Source of the DNA: Candidatus Paralachnospira caecorum
GTDB lineage: Bacteria; Bacillota; Clostridia; Lachnospirales; Lachnospiraceae
DNA: 64,000 nt
Direction: 5' to 3'
NCBI GenBank assembly: GCA_904379015.1
Contig: CAJFHG010000012.1
Span: 40-64,039 of the forward strand
Shown in pieces: positions 16,161 to 25,200 of this stretch. The notes below the pieces were generated by a model. It had not been told where the DNA came from and did not search any database. It saw only the letters and a program-made list of their open reading frames with translations. The number at the start of each line of letters is the position of its first letter. Within the stretch, counting starts at the first letter, position 1. The position numbers and the translations under genes were made by a program.

Positions 16161-16933
16161 TGTATCAATACAAGTTGATCGATGAATATTTATATATAGA
16201 TCATGAAGTGCCTTTTTTAGAAAAATATAATTCTTCTAGTAACATCGATATAGCAACTGATATATGTATCGAATTAATGGTGAATCCATTCATCTGTTAT
16301 GGTATCAATGTTATTACATGTGCAAAAGATGAACTTATTTTAAAGAATCGTGAAGGGATTCTGATGGTAAATAAACTTTATGGAAACGGCAGATTATATG
16401 CGGACAAAGAAGAGGATGCCTCTCCTTTGATTATGTTGTTTTTATATTCTCATCTCATTCCCAAGCAAACGCTTCTTTTCCACAGCTCTCTTGTTGATTT
16501 TTCGGGCTCCGGAATTATGTTTCTTGGACCCTCTGGTATAGGGAAGACAACCCAGGCGGAGCTTTGGAACAAATATCTTGGTGCGGATATTCTGAACGGC
16601 GATATGGTTTTTACCCGGAAGAACGAGGATGGATTTTATGGCTATGGTTCGCCATGGCATGGATCATCGCCATATTACAAGAATGCCAAGGTAAAACTGA
16701 AGGCGCTGGTTGTTCTGGAGCAGGCGGGGGAAAACACATTAAAGCGGCTGGAAGGGTTTGATGTTTTGCAGGGCATTATGGAACAGGTATTTCTTCCCCA
16801 CTGGTATCCGGAAGCTATGGATACTTGTCTGAATACGCTGGATCTGCTGCTTGAAGAGGTTCCGGTATATCATCTTGCCTGCAGGCCGGATGAAGATGCA
16901 GTTTTATTGTTGAAACAAGAACTTGGATTATAA
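16160..16933 (+). CDS. HPr-kinase-like P-loop protein (module 2)
   Basis: FHSS...IMFLGPSGIGKTTQAELW...LNGD...GSPWHGSS...YHLACRPD; clear paralog of 13416-14165. Confidence 0.85.
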   Translation: MYQYKLIDEYLYIDHEVPFLEKYNSSSNIDIATDICIELMVNPFICYGINVITCAKDELILKNREGILMVNKLYGNGRLYADKEEDASPLIMLFLYSHLIPKQTLLFHSSLVDFSGSGIMFLGPSGIGKTTQAELWNKYLGADILNGDMVFTRKNEDGFYGYGSPWHGSSPYYKNAKVKLKALVVLEQAGENTLKRLEGFDVLQGIMEQVFLPHWYPEAMDTCLNTLDLLLEEVPVYHLACRPDEDAVLLLKQELGL

Positions 16934-16945
16934 AATATTGAAATG

Positions 16946-17012
16946 ATTCCCGGCAGTTGTTTCCCAACTTTGCTGTTGTAAGTAAAGATGGAAAACAATG
17001 CCGGGAATTTTT
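16946..17012 (+). terminator. Long imperfect hairpin after module 2
   Basis: ATTCCCGGCA...TGCCGGGAAT arms (16946-55 and 16999-17008) followed by a T run. Confidence 0.5.
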
Positions 17013-17131
17013 GGATGCTGCAGGCCGCCCTGTATGTTTCGTTGACGTGGGAGAACGATTCATGGTAGGATAGAGGTATGACTGAGGGCAAATACATTTT
17101 TGTAGGAGAGATGAAGAAAGGCGGTAATTAT

Positions 17132-18040
17132 GTGGCCCAAAAAGATATCGCGGAGAAAATCCTCGAATCCTACAACGATGTATTTTCTGACATCGTAAAT
17201 GTTCTGCTGTTTGACGGAAGAGAAGTTGTGCCGGCTGATGAGCTTGAGGATCAGGCTCCCCGTGCATATTACAAGACAGATGGAAAAATACGAGAGATAG
17301 AAAGAGATGTGGCGAAGCGCTGGAAACAGGGAGGTATACGGATTGCCTGTGTGGGTCTGGAAAATCAGACCCGGGCAGATCCGGACATGCCTCTGCGTAT
17401 AATCGGATATGACGGTGCTGAGTACAGAGCGCAGCTGCTGGCGGATCGTATGGCTGGAAGCCGTTATCCTGTGGTCACGCTGGTCCTGTATTTCGGCTGT
17501 GAAAAGCATTGGGATCAGCCTCTTAGTCTGAAGGAACGACTGGAAATACCGCCCGAATGGGACCGTTTTGTGAATGACTATAGGATCAATTTGTTTGAAA
17601 TTGCTTATCTGGATGCAAATCAGGTTGAGCTGTTTCAGAGTGATTTTCGGATCGTTGCAGATTACTTTGTGCAGAAACGGGAGAAAGGTGATTACATCCC
17701 CAGTGAACGGGAAATCAGACATGTGCAGGAGACGCTGCAGCTGCTTAGCGTAATGTCAGGGGATTACCGATTTGAAGAGGCATATTATAGTAGTGAGGCG
17801 GAAGGAGGCCTGCGTAATATGTGTGACGTGCTGGATCGAGTGGAGTCAAAAGGAATTGAAAAAGGAATTGCAAAAGGAATTGAGAAAGGTCTTAGAGAAG
17901 GCAGGATGGAGGCCAAAAGGGAAATGGCTGTTTCATTGGCAGAAATGGGATTATCTGTGGAAAAAATCGCAGAAGCTGCCAGGGTAAGCACCGAGGTGGT
18001 GAGACAGTGGATTGCCTGCGGCGGTCATCCGGCGGGATAA
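17132..18040 (+). CDS. Rpn-family recombination-promoting nuclease / putative transposase (PD-(D/E)XK)
   Basis: QKDIAEKILESYNDVFSDIVN...ERDVAK...GLENQT..D..MPLR...YD...YPVVTLVLYFG; C-terminal EKGIAKGIEKG.REG repeats. Confidence 0.8.
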   Translation: MAQKDIAEKILESYNDVFSDIVNVLLFDGREVVPADELEDQAPRAYYKTDGKIREIERDVAKRWKQGGIRIACVGLENQTRADPDMPLRIIGYDGAEYRAQLLADRMAGSRYPVVTLVLYFGCEKHWDQPLSLKERLEIPPEWDRFVNDYRINLFEIAYLDANQVELFQSDFRIVADYFVQKREKGDYIPSEREIRHVQETLQLLSVMSGDYRFEEAYYSSEAEGGLRNMCDVLDRVESKGIEKGIAKGIEKGLREGRMEAKREMAVSLAEMGLSVEKIAEAARVSTEVVRQWIACGGHPAG

Positions 18041-18248
18041 GGAATTGCAGCATATACGGCAGCAGCCAATCAAAGCGCTGCACAGATATCGGTTTGGATT
18101 TGAGGTTATATGACAAAAATGCGGAAGAAGACCAGGAATGTCGATTTTCGCATTTTTTGTTTGCGCAAGCTGCTTTCCCCGGGCCCGGGGCATATTTCCG
18201 GACTGATTTCCAGATTTTCCGGATTTTCCGGAAAATTCCTGTCGGTTC

Positions 18249-18278
18249 TTGACGCACTGTAATTTCCTGCGCTACAAT
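18249..18278 (+). promoter_or_regulatory. Putative sigma70 promoter of the ABC transporter operon
   Basis: TTGACG, 18-bp spacer, TACAAT. Confidence 0.45.
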
Positions 18279-18343
18279 AAAGTCCGTAGCCGAAGCTGCT
18301 TTGGCAGCTCCGGCAGTGATCAACAACAGATGGGAGAAATACA

Positions 18344-20107
18344 GTGTTTCGGTTCGTGAGCCGCTTGTTTCAGAAATTATTTGCGAAAAACTGGGGGAAG
18401 ATCATTTCTTCCTGGATCTGGATCTACAGCTATGTGAAGCGGTACTGGCTGCAGATCGCGGTCTATACAGTCCTGGGCCTGTTCGGAACTGTGTTCGGGC
18501 TGGCCGGCAGCGTGGTGTCCAAAAACCTGATCGACGCGGTGACGGGCTTTAATTCGGATTCGATTGGCTGGGCCTTTGGGCTCTATGTGGGCCTGGGGGT
18601 CAGCCGCGTGTTCATCAACATTGTGACAGGCAAGATTTCTCTGCTGATCTCTACCAAGGTGGCCCATGAGATCCAGGCGGATGTCTTTGACCAGGTGATG
18701 TGCACGGACTGGGAGGCCATGTCCGATTATTCCACGGGAGATCTGCTGGTGCGGACTTCCGGTGATTCGGCGGTGATCTCCAACAGCGTCCTGAGCTTTA
18801 TTCCGAGCGCCGTTACGGCCATCGCCAATTTTATCGGGGCCTTTGCCATTGTCTGCTGGCATGATCCGCTCATGGCGGTGATCGCGCTGGCCGGAGCGCC
18901 GGTGACGGTGATCACTTCCCGGTACCGGCTGGAGAAAATGCAGCAGTTCCAGAGGGAAAATCAGGATCTGTACAGCAAGAAGATGAGCTTTGACCAGGAA
19001 ACATTCCAGAATACTCAGTCCATCAAGGCCTTCGGCCTGATCAGTCAGTTCTCGAAAAAGATGCGGGAGCTGCAGCAGGAGTCGCTGGCCCTTTCGCTGC
19101 GCCAGTACCGGTATCAGTCGGTCACGTCCATTCTGGTATCCCTCACCGGCCTGGCTGTCAGCTATTCCTGTTACGGGTTTGCCGTCTGGCGGCTGTGGCG
19201 GGGGGATATTTCCTACGGCACGATGACTCTGTTCGTGTCCATGGCCTCTTCCCTGACCGGCTCCTTCAGCTCGGTGGTCAGTCTGATCCCCACGGCGATC
19301 CGCTCCGCCACCAGCGCCGAGCGGATCATGGATATCATCACCCTTCCCCGGGAGTCCTATGAGGATCAGGAGAGGGCGGAACAAATCCGGGATATCGGGC
19401 GGAAAAAAGGCGCTTACGTTCATATGGAAAACGCGGGCTTTGCCTATAAGGACGGGCGCGATGTGTACAGACATGCCGATATGGAAGCGAATCCGGGCGA
19501 GATCGTGGCTCTGATCGGGCCCTCGGGCCAGGGCAAGACCACCACCCTCCGGTTGTTTCTGGGGCTTCTGCAGCTGAAGGAAGGCCGGATCCGGGTGGGA
19601 AATCCGGGCGGAGACGAGCTTTTCGTGTCCCCTTCGACCCGGTGCCTGTTCAGCTACGTTCCCCAGGGAAACACCATGTTTTCCGGAACGGTGGCGGATA
19701 ATCTGAGGATGGTGAAGCCGGAGGCCACGGACCAGGAGCTGAAGGAAGCGCTGGAGGCGGCCCATGCCTGGGAATTTGTGGGCCGTCTGGAAAAGGGCAT
19801 GGATACCAGGGTGGGAGAACGGGGACTGGGCTTTTCTGAAGGCCAGAACCAGCGGCTCTCCATTGCCAGAGCGCTCCTGGCGGACGCGCCGCTCCTGCTT
19901 CTGGACGAGGCGACCAGCGCCCTGGATGTGGCGACAGAACGGAAGGTGCTGCGCAGCATCATGAAAAAGGACCCCTACAGGACGATTGTGGTGACGGCCC
20001 ACCGGCCCAGCGTGTTTTCCATGTGCAGCAGAGTTTATAAGATACAGGACGGCGGGATAGAGGAAGTGGACGAGCAGGGAATCAGACAGTTCCTGGAAGC
20101 ATTCTAG
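18344..20107 (+). CDS. ABC exporter, fused permease/ATPase, no C39 peptidase domain
   Basis: Six-TM N-terminal half; GPSGQGKTT Walker A; FSEGQ signature; LLLLDEATSALD Walker B. Confidence 0.9.
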   Translation: MFRFVSRLFQKLFAKNWGKIISSWIWIYSYVKRYWLQIAVYTVLGLFGTVFGLAGSVVSKNLIDAVTGFNSDSIGWAFGLYVGLGVSRVFINIVTGKISLLISTKVAHEIQADVFDQVMCTDWEAMSDYSTGDLLVRTSGDSAVISNSVLSFIPSAVTAIANFIGAFAIVCWHDPLMAVIALAGAPVTVITSRYRLEKMQQFQRENQDLYSKKMSFDQETFQNTQSIKAFGLISQFSKKMRELQQESLALSLRQYRYQSVTSILVSLTGLAVSYSCYGFAVWRLWRGDISYGTMTLFVSMASSLTGSFSSVVSLIPTAIRSATSAERIMDIITLPRESYEDQERAEQIRDIGRKKGAYVHMENAGFAYKDGRDVYRHADMEANPGEIVALIGPSGQGKTTTLRLFLGLLQLKEGRIRVGNPGGDELFVSPSTRCLFSYVPQGNTMFSGTVADNLRMVKPEATDQELKEALEAAHAWEFVGRLEKGMDTRVGERGLGFSEGQNQRLSIARALLADAPLLLLDEATSALDVATERKVLRSIMKKDPYRTIVVTAHRPSVFSMCSRVYKIQDGGIEEVDEQGIRQFLEAF

Positions 20108-20292
20108 CCGGGCTTTCCGCGGCCGGAAGACGGACATAGGGCCGGGCCGCGGATGGACGGATCCATCGAAGAATCGATCGTCAGACAGAACCTGGGACAG
20201 AGATCAGGACAGACAGGAATGGACCGGATCAGACAGAGGCGGGCCAGACAGGGACCGGCCATACAGGGACAGACCAGAACAGGAGCGGATGA

Positions 20293-20907
20293 ATGGCAGG
20301 ATTTGCGGCGGGAATTTTGAATGATGTGTTGTTGTCTTTTTATCAGCAGTTCGGGGCGGCGCTTTTGACTGCTGTTCTTTTCATGTACGTGTATATGCAT
20401 GTGAAAAAATACGGCGGAAAAGAGACGGTGCGGGCGTGGTTTGCCGGTTTCCGGAGAGAGAAGGAATTCAGAAAAGTCTTTCTGCTGGCATTTTATACCA
20501 TGATGATCCTGTTCAAGACGCTTTTGTGCCGTTCCATCTGGGTCAATCCCCTTTCAGATGTACTTGGGACCTGGGGCCTGTATGACAGCAAGGGACAGCT
20601 TTATCTGGATAATATTGAAAATCTGATGCTGTTTGTGCCCTTTGCCGCGCTGTTTCTCTGGACGGCGGGAAAGCGCGTATTCGGAGAACGGAGGAGATCG
20701 CCGGGCAGAAGCCTGGCCTGGGCCGCCGGGATCAGCTTTTTCGTGTCCCTTGGGATCGAGCTGCTCCAGCTGTTTCTCAAGCTGGGCACTTTTCAGGTTT
20801 CCGACCTGTTTTTCAACACCCTGGGCGGGGCGGCCGGAGGGCTGCTTTACTGGGGGCTGCACCGGCTCCGCATGAGGCTGGGGCGGGGCGGCCGGAAAAT
20901 CAAATAA
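20293..20907 (+). CDS. VanZ-family membrane protein
   Basis: IENLMLFVPF...SLGIELLQLFLKLGTFQVSDLFFNTLGG. Confidence 0.85.
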   Translation: MAGFAAGILNDVLLSFYQQFGAALLTAVLFMYVYMHVKKYGGKETVRAWFAGFRREKEFRKVFLLAFYTMMILFKTLLCRSIWVNPLSDVLGTWGLYDSKGQLYLDNIENLMLFVPFAALFLWTAGKRVFGERRRSPGRSLAWAAGISFFVSLGIELLQLFLKLGTFQVSDLFFNTLGGAAGGLLYWGLHRLRMRLGRGGRKIK

Positions 20908-21220
20908 GAGAGACAGAAAGGCAGGTGAGGAGTTGCTCATCTGCTTTTTGGCGCTTATAATCGGAAAATGAGGAAATCTGCCGTGATCTGCCGTCTGCTC
21001 CGCGGAAATCTGACAGAGACAGATGCGGAACGGACGGGGAAAAATGTGATAATTGAAAATTTTAGGAAAAGATTGTAAAAAAATACAATCTTTTCTGTTC
21101 TGCAAGGGTTTTCTTATTTACCGGTTTATGGTAAAATGTGCACCGAATAGTTTCATGACAAGGGTCTGGTCCGGAACCGGTCCGGACCGGCAGATTGAGA
21201 TAAGGAGTACGATACAGAGA

Positions 21221-22048
21221 ATGAAGTTTGTGAAGGCATTGGTGATCATCGCTTTTGTCGCGGCTGTCGGTGTGTTTTCACTGGCTCAGTTCCGGGAATG
21301 GAGAGGCAGGGATACTTCGGTCCCGGAAATCACCAGCGACAGAGAGGTGCTGGAGGTAACCTGCGATTATACGGAGGAGCAGCTCCTGGAGGGGCTGCAG
21401 GCCTATGATGAAAAGGACGGGGATCTGACCGGCGAGATTCTGGTGGGGGATATCTCCCGTTTTATAGAAAAAGGTGTCTGCAATGTAACCTATGTGGTAT
21501 TTGACTCATCCAACCAGCCGGCGTCCCTTGTCAGGCAGATCCGGCTCACCGACTATCATTCGCCCCGGTTCGCGCTGTCAGAGCCCCTGGTTTTTGAGGC
21601 CGGTACGGGCAGCTATACGGATACCGTCAGCAAAATATCGGCGTCGGATCTGCTGGACGGGGATCTGACCCAGTGGATCCATCAGACGGATACAGACGTC
21701 AACTATCAGATCGCGGGAACCTACCATATGACCATGGAGGTGACCAACAGCTTCGGGGACACGGCTTCGGTGGCGTTTCCGGTCCATGTGGTCCAGGAGA
21801 ATCCTGAGGGGCTGGATATCCGGCTGACCGCGCCGATTCTTTATGTCAGCCAGGGAGAGGCGGTGGATCCCGCGCAGTGGCTCGAGGGCGTTTACGACAG
21901 TGAGGGAGAGGCACTGGGAACTGAGATCGTGACCACCACCTCGGATCTTGACGTGCAGACGCCGGGCTGTTATGAGATCGCCTATTACGCAGACGACGGA
22001 GCGGGACATACCGGTGAAAACTGGCTTACCGTGGTAGTACAGGGATAA
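21221..22048 (+). CDS. Membrane-anchored protein with tandem bacterial Ig-like (DUF5011-type) domains
   Basis: N-terminal TM; three repeats of P....A.D..DGDLT...G.Y.(V/M)TY.V.D patterns. Confidence 0.7.
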   Translation: MKFVKALVIIAFVAAVGVFSLAQFREWRGRDTSVPEITSDREVLEVTCDYTEEQLLEGLQAYDEKDGDLTGEILVGDISRFIEKGVCNVTYVVFDSSNQPASLVRQIRLTDYHSPRFALSEPLVFEAGTGSYTDTVSKISASDLLDGDLTQWIHQTDTDVNYQIAGTYHMTMEVTNSFGDTASVAFPVHVVQENPEGLDIRLTAPILYVSQGEAVDPAQWLEGVYDSEGEALGTEIVTTTSDLDVQTPGCYEIAYYADDGAGHTGENWLTVVVQG

Positions 22049-22060
22049 AGGAGGCCAATC

Positions 22061-23437
22061 ATGGATCGGCAGGCAGTACATTTGGATGAGATCAGTCTCA
22101 GAGGCGCCGTAAAAGAGCTTTTGAGAAATTTCTGGATGATTCTTCTGACGGCGGCCGCGGTATGGCTGGGCGCCACGGGAGTCGGGAAACTGGTTTATTC
22201 GCCGCAGTATACGTCGTCAGCCACGCTGGCGGTGACGGAGAGAGGCGGGGGAAGCAGCTATTCCTCCCTCCTTCAGATGACAGAGATGGCGGCGGTATTC
22301 AGCGAAGTATTTGAGAGCGATGAGCTGAAGGCGACCATTTCCACGGATCTGGGAGAAAGAATGGAGGGAACGCTGTCCTGCAGCCAGATCGAGGAGACGA
22401 ACCTGATCGTCCTGAACGCGTCGGCGTCTACTCCCAGACAGGCTTATCAGTATATCCACTCGGCGCTGGAGCATTACGAGAGCGTTTCGGAGTATGTGTT
22501 CTCCAATGCCTCTCTGCAGACAGTCCAGGAGCCTTCCGTGCCGGAAAGCCCTTCCAACAGTTCCCGCCTGATCCGTCTGCGGAATCTTCTGACGGCTGCG
22601 GGGGCCGTGGGGATCTGTGCGGTGATCCTGCTGTTTTATCTGTTCCGGTTTACAGTCAAAACCCCCGAAGGCGCGGCGCGCCAGCTGGACGGAACGGTTC
22701 AGGGGATCATTCCTTATGAAAAACGGGGCAGGAAGAAAAAGAGAAAAACAAAAGAAGCGCCGCTTCTCACCTCGCCGCTGGTCAGCATGGATTATTCTGA
22801 AGCTCTGCGGCGGATGGAGGCCAGAGTGGAACGGCATATGCGGAGAAAAAAGCAGAAGGTGCTCCTGATCGTCAGTGTCGGCGAGAATGAAGGAAAATCT
22901 ACTGTGGCGGCCAATATTGCCCTGGCCATGGCGGAGAAGCATAAAAAAGTGCTGCTGCTGGAAGGGGATCTGAGAAAACCGGCTCAGCATAAGGTGTTTG
23001 ATGAGCTTTCGGTCGGACGGATTTCCTTTTCTGAGGTGCTGGCGGGAAAAGCCGGCTGGAGAGAGGCGGCAGTGAGAAATGCCAAAAACGGCGTGAGAGA
23101 GCTGTTTCAGTTCCAGCCGGTCGCGGAACCCTCCAGGATCCTGGATCTTTCCCTTCTGAAGCGCCTGCTGGAGGAAATGAAGCAGGAGATGGATTATATC
23201 ATTGTCGATACGCCGCCTACGGCGGTGGCCGCCGACGCGGAACTCTGGATGCAGGTCTGCGATACGGCGCTTCTGGTGGTCCGGGAGGACTGGTCTGATG
23301 TGCGCGCGGTCAACGATACGGTTGATCTGATCTGGCAGAGCAGCGGCGATTTTGCTGGATTTGTGCTGAACGCGTTCCGGGGGAAGACGGTCCGGAATCA
23401 GTACGGATACGGTGAATATGCAGGACATGAGCGGTGA
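22061..23437 (+). CDS. Wzz/Wzc-like polysaccharide co-polymerase fused to a BY-kinase domain (copy 1)
   Basis: DEISL..., two TMs, VSVGENEGKST Walker A, LLLEGDLRKP, IIVDTPP, short YGYGEY tail. Confidence 0.85.
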   Translation: MDRQAVHLDEISLRGAVKELLRNFWMILLTAAAVWLGATGVGKLVYSPQYTSSATLAVTERGGGSSYSSLLQMTEMAAVFSEVFESDELKATISTDLGERMEGTLSCSQIEETNLIVLNASASTPRQAYQYIHSALEHYESVSEYVFSNASLQTVQEPSVPESPSNSSRLIRLRNLLTAAGAVGICAVILLFYLFRFTVKTPEGAARQLDGTVQGIIPYEKRGRKKKRKTKEAPLLTSPLVSMDYSEALRRMEARVERHMRRKKQKVLLIVSVGENEGKSTVAANIALAMAEKHKKVLLLEGDLRKPAQHKVFDELSVGRISFSEVLAGKAGWREAAVRNAKNGVRELFQFQPVAEPSRILDLSLLKRLLEEMKQEMDYIIVDTPPTAVAADAELWMQVCDTALLVVREDWSDVRAVNDTVDLIWQSSGDFAGFVLNAFRGKTVRNQYGYGEYAGHER

Positions 23438-23464
23438 CGGCACGCAGGAAGCCGGGAGAGGAGA

Positions 23465-25042
23465 TTGGTCAACATGGAATACCGGAAAATGGAAGGCACT
23501 GTGCTGACAGAACCGGATGATGATGAGATTGAAATAGATCTGGGGGCCCTCTGGCGGGATTTCAGGCGGGTCTTCAGGCGATGGTGGTGGCTGGTGGTCG
23601 TTCTCGCCCTGGCGGCGGCGACGGCCTTTTACGGCTATCAGTATATGAATTACGAACCCATGTATGAAAGCAGCGCGACTTTTACGGTGGGAACAGGCGA
23701 TGAGGACAGCGGAAGTTATGGATTCTATTATTCGCAGACGACGGCGGACCAGCTGTCAAAATCCTTCCCATACGTGCTGGAGAGCAATTATTTCAGGAGC
23801 GTCCTTCTGGACGCGATGGATGCCGACAGCCTGAACGGCACGATCACCGCGGAGACCGTGGAGGGCTCCAACGTGGTCACCATGCGGGTGCGCAGCAGCA
23901 GGGCCGAGGACGCCAAGGCGATCCTGGACGCGGCACTGGAGGTTTATCCGGAAGCGGCCAGATTTGTCCTGGGGACGATCCAGTTCCATATGATCAGCGA
24001 ACCCCAGCTTCCCGCGGCGCCTTATAATATCCTGAGCCTGAGACGGCTCCTGGTGCTGGGAGGCGGCGCCGGAGCGGCTGCGGGGCTGCTGATCCTGATC
24101 GTGATGGCCTTTCTGCGCAGGACGGTGAGAACGCCGGAGGAAATGCAGAAGATCACCAGTATGAAATGCCTGGCGGCGGTGCCCCAGGTCCGGCAGAAGG
24201 CCAGGAAGAACAGGAAGGAAGAGCGGCTTTCTGTTCTGAACAAGCGGATGCCCTATGATTTCAGGGAAAGCATTCAGGCCCTTCAGATCCGCGCCGATTC
24301 CGCCATGAAAAAGAACGGGAAAAAGGTGCTCATGGTCACCAGCAGCATGGCCGGGGAGGGAAAGTCCACGGTGGCTCTGAATCTGGCGGAAATGCTGGCC
24401 TCCAGGGGGAACCGGGTGCTGTTGATCGACGCGGATCTGCGCAGGCAGGAGGACGCGAAGACGCTGGGCTGCGGAGACGGAACCGGACTTCAGGATCTGT
24501 TCAGCGGGACCCGCGGAGGCAGAGGACGGATCCGCTATCTGAAGGAAAACGGATTCTATTTCATCGGCAGCAGCCGTCCCCAGAAAAACCCGGCCGGAGC
24601 GCTCAGCCATCCGGGCTTCCCGGAATTCCTGGAAAAAATGAAGGGGAAAATGGATTACATCATCCTGGATACTCCGCCCTGCAGCATGTTCCAGGACGCG
24701 GTGATCCTGGCCGAATATGCGGATTCCATCCTTTATGTGGTGAAATATGATTTTGTTTCCCGGAAAAAGCTGGTGGAAAGCCTTTCCTTCCTGGAAGAGA
24801 GCCGGTCGCTGTTTCTGGGCTACGTATTCAGCGCCTATCCTCAGACAGCGGGAGACTACGGCTACGGCAGGTACGGCTATGGAAAGTATGGCTACGGAAG
24901 ATACGGATACAGCCGGTATGGATATGGCCGGTATGGGTCCGGGAAAGAGGGCTATGAGCGGCGGAGCCGCCGGAACGCCGGCGATGGGGACAGCCGGGAG
25001 GAAGCGGATATCCTGACCGGAGAAGACGGAGGCTTCGAGTAG
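23465..25042 (+). CDS. Wzz/Wzc-like polysaccharide co-polymerase fused to a BY-kinase domain (copy 2)
   Basis: EIEIDL..., TSSMAGEGKST, LLIDADLRR, IILDTPP, very long C-terminal Tyr cluster. Confidence 0.85.
   Translation: MVNMEYRKMEGTVLTEPDDDEIEIDLGALWRDFRRVFRRWWWLVVVLALAAATAFYGYQYMNYEPMYESSATFTVGTGDEDSGSYGFYYSQTTADQLSKSFPYVLESNYFRSVLLDAMDADSLNGTITAETVEGSNVVTMRVRSSRAEDAKAILDAALEVYPEAARFVLGTIQFHMISEPQLPAAPYNILSLRRLLVLGGGAGAAAGLLILIVMAFLRRTVRTPEEMQKITSMKCLAAVPQVRQKARKNRKEERLSVLNKRMPYDFRESIQALQIRADSAMKKNGKKVLMVTSSMAGEGKSTVALNLAEMLASRGNRVLLIDADLRRQEDAKTLGCGDGTGLQDLFSGTRGGRGRIRYLKENGFYFIGSSRPQKNPAGALSHPGFPEFLEKMKGKMDYIILDTPPCSMFQDAVILAEYADSILYVVKYDFVSRKKLVESLSFLEESRSLFLGYVFSAYPQTAGDYGYGRYGYGKYGYGRYGYSRYGYGRYGSGKEGYERRSRRNAGDGDSREEADILTGEDGGFE
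24853..24960 (+). repeat. Coding pentapeptide repeat (R/K)YGY(G/S) forming the tyrosine cluster
   Basis: DYGYG RYGYG KYGYG RYGYS RYGYG RYGSG KEGYE; 12 Tyr. Confidence 0.85.
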
Positions 25043-25069
25043 ACAGACCATCGCCCGCCGGGTCCTGCC

Positions 25070-25098
25070 TTGACAGAAATTTTGAGGCGTACTATAAT
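25070..25098 (+). promoter_or_regulatory. Consensus sigma70 promoter
   Basis: TTGACA (25070-75), 17-bp spacer, TATAAT (25093-98). Confidence 0.8.
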
Positions 25099-25200
25099 TA
25101 AGAAGAAATAAGTGGCACTTTTTGTAATAACTGTGTTGTTGCGAAAGTGCCATTTCTTTTCATAAAAGAATCGTCTGTGCGAAAACGAAAGGAAAGAGTC

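Noticed and set aside
11190-16933. Lasso peptide, lanthipeptide or PQQ biosynthesis as the explanation for the PqqD/kinase genes
   Set aside because: No asparagine-synthetase-like cyclase, B2 protease, LanB/C/M or PqqB/C is in the window.
20293-20907. vanZ as evidence of glycopeptide resistance
   Set aside because: No van ligase or regulator genes are present; VanZ-like proteins are common beside surface-polysaccharide loci.
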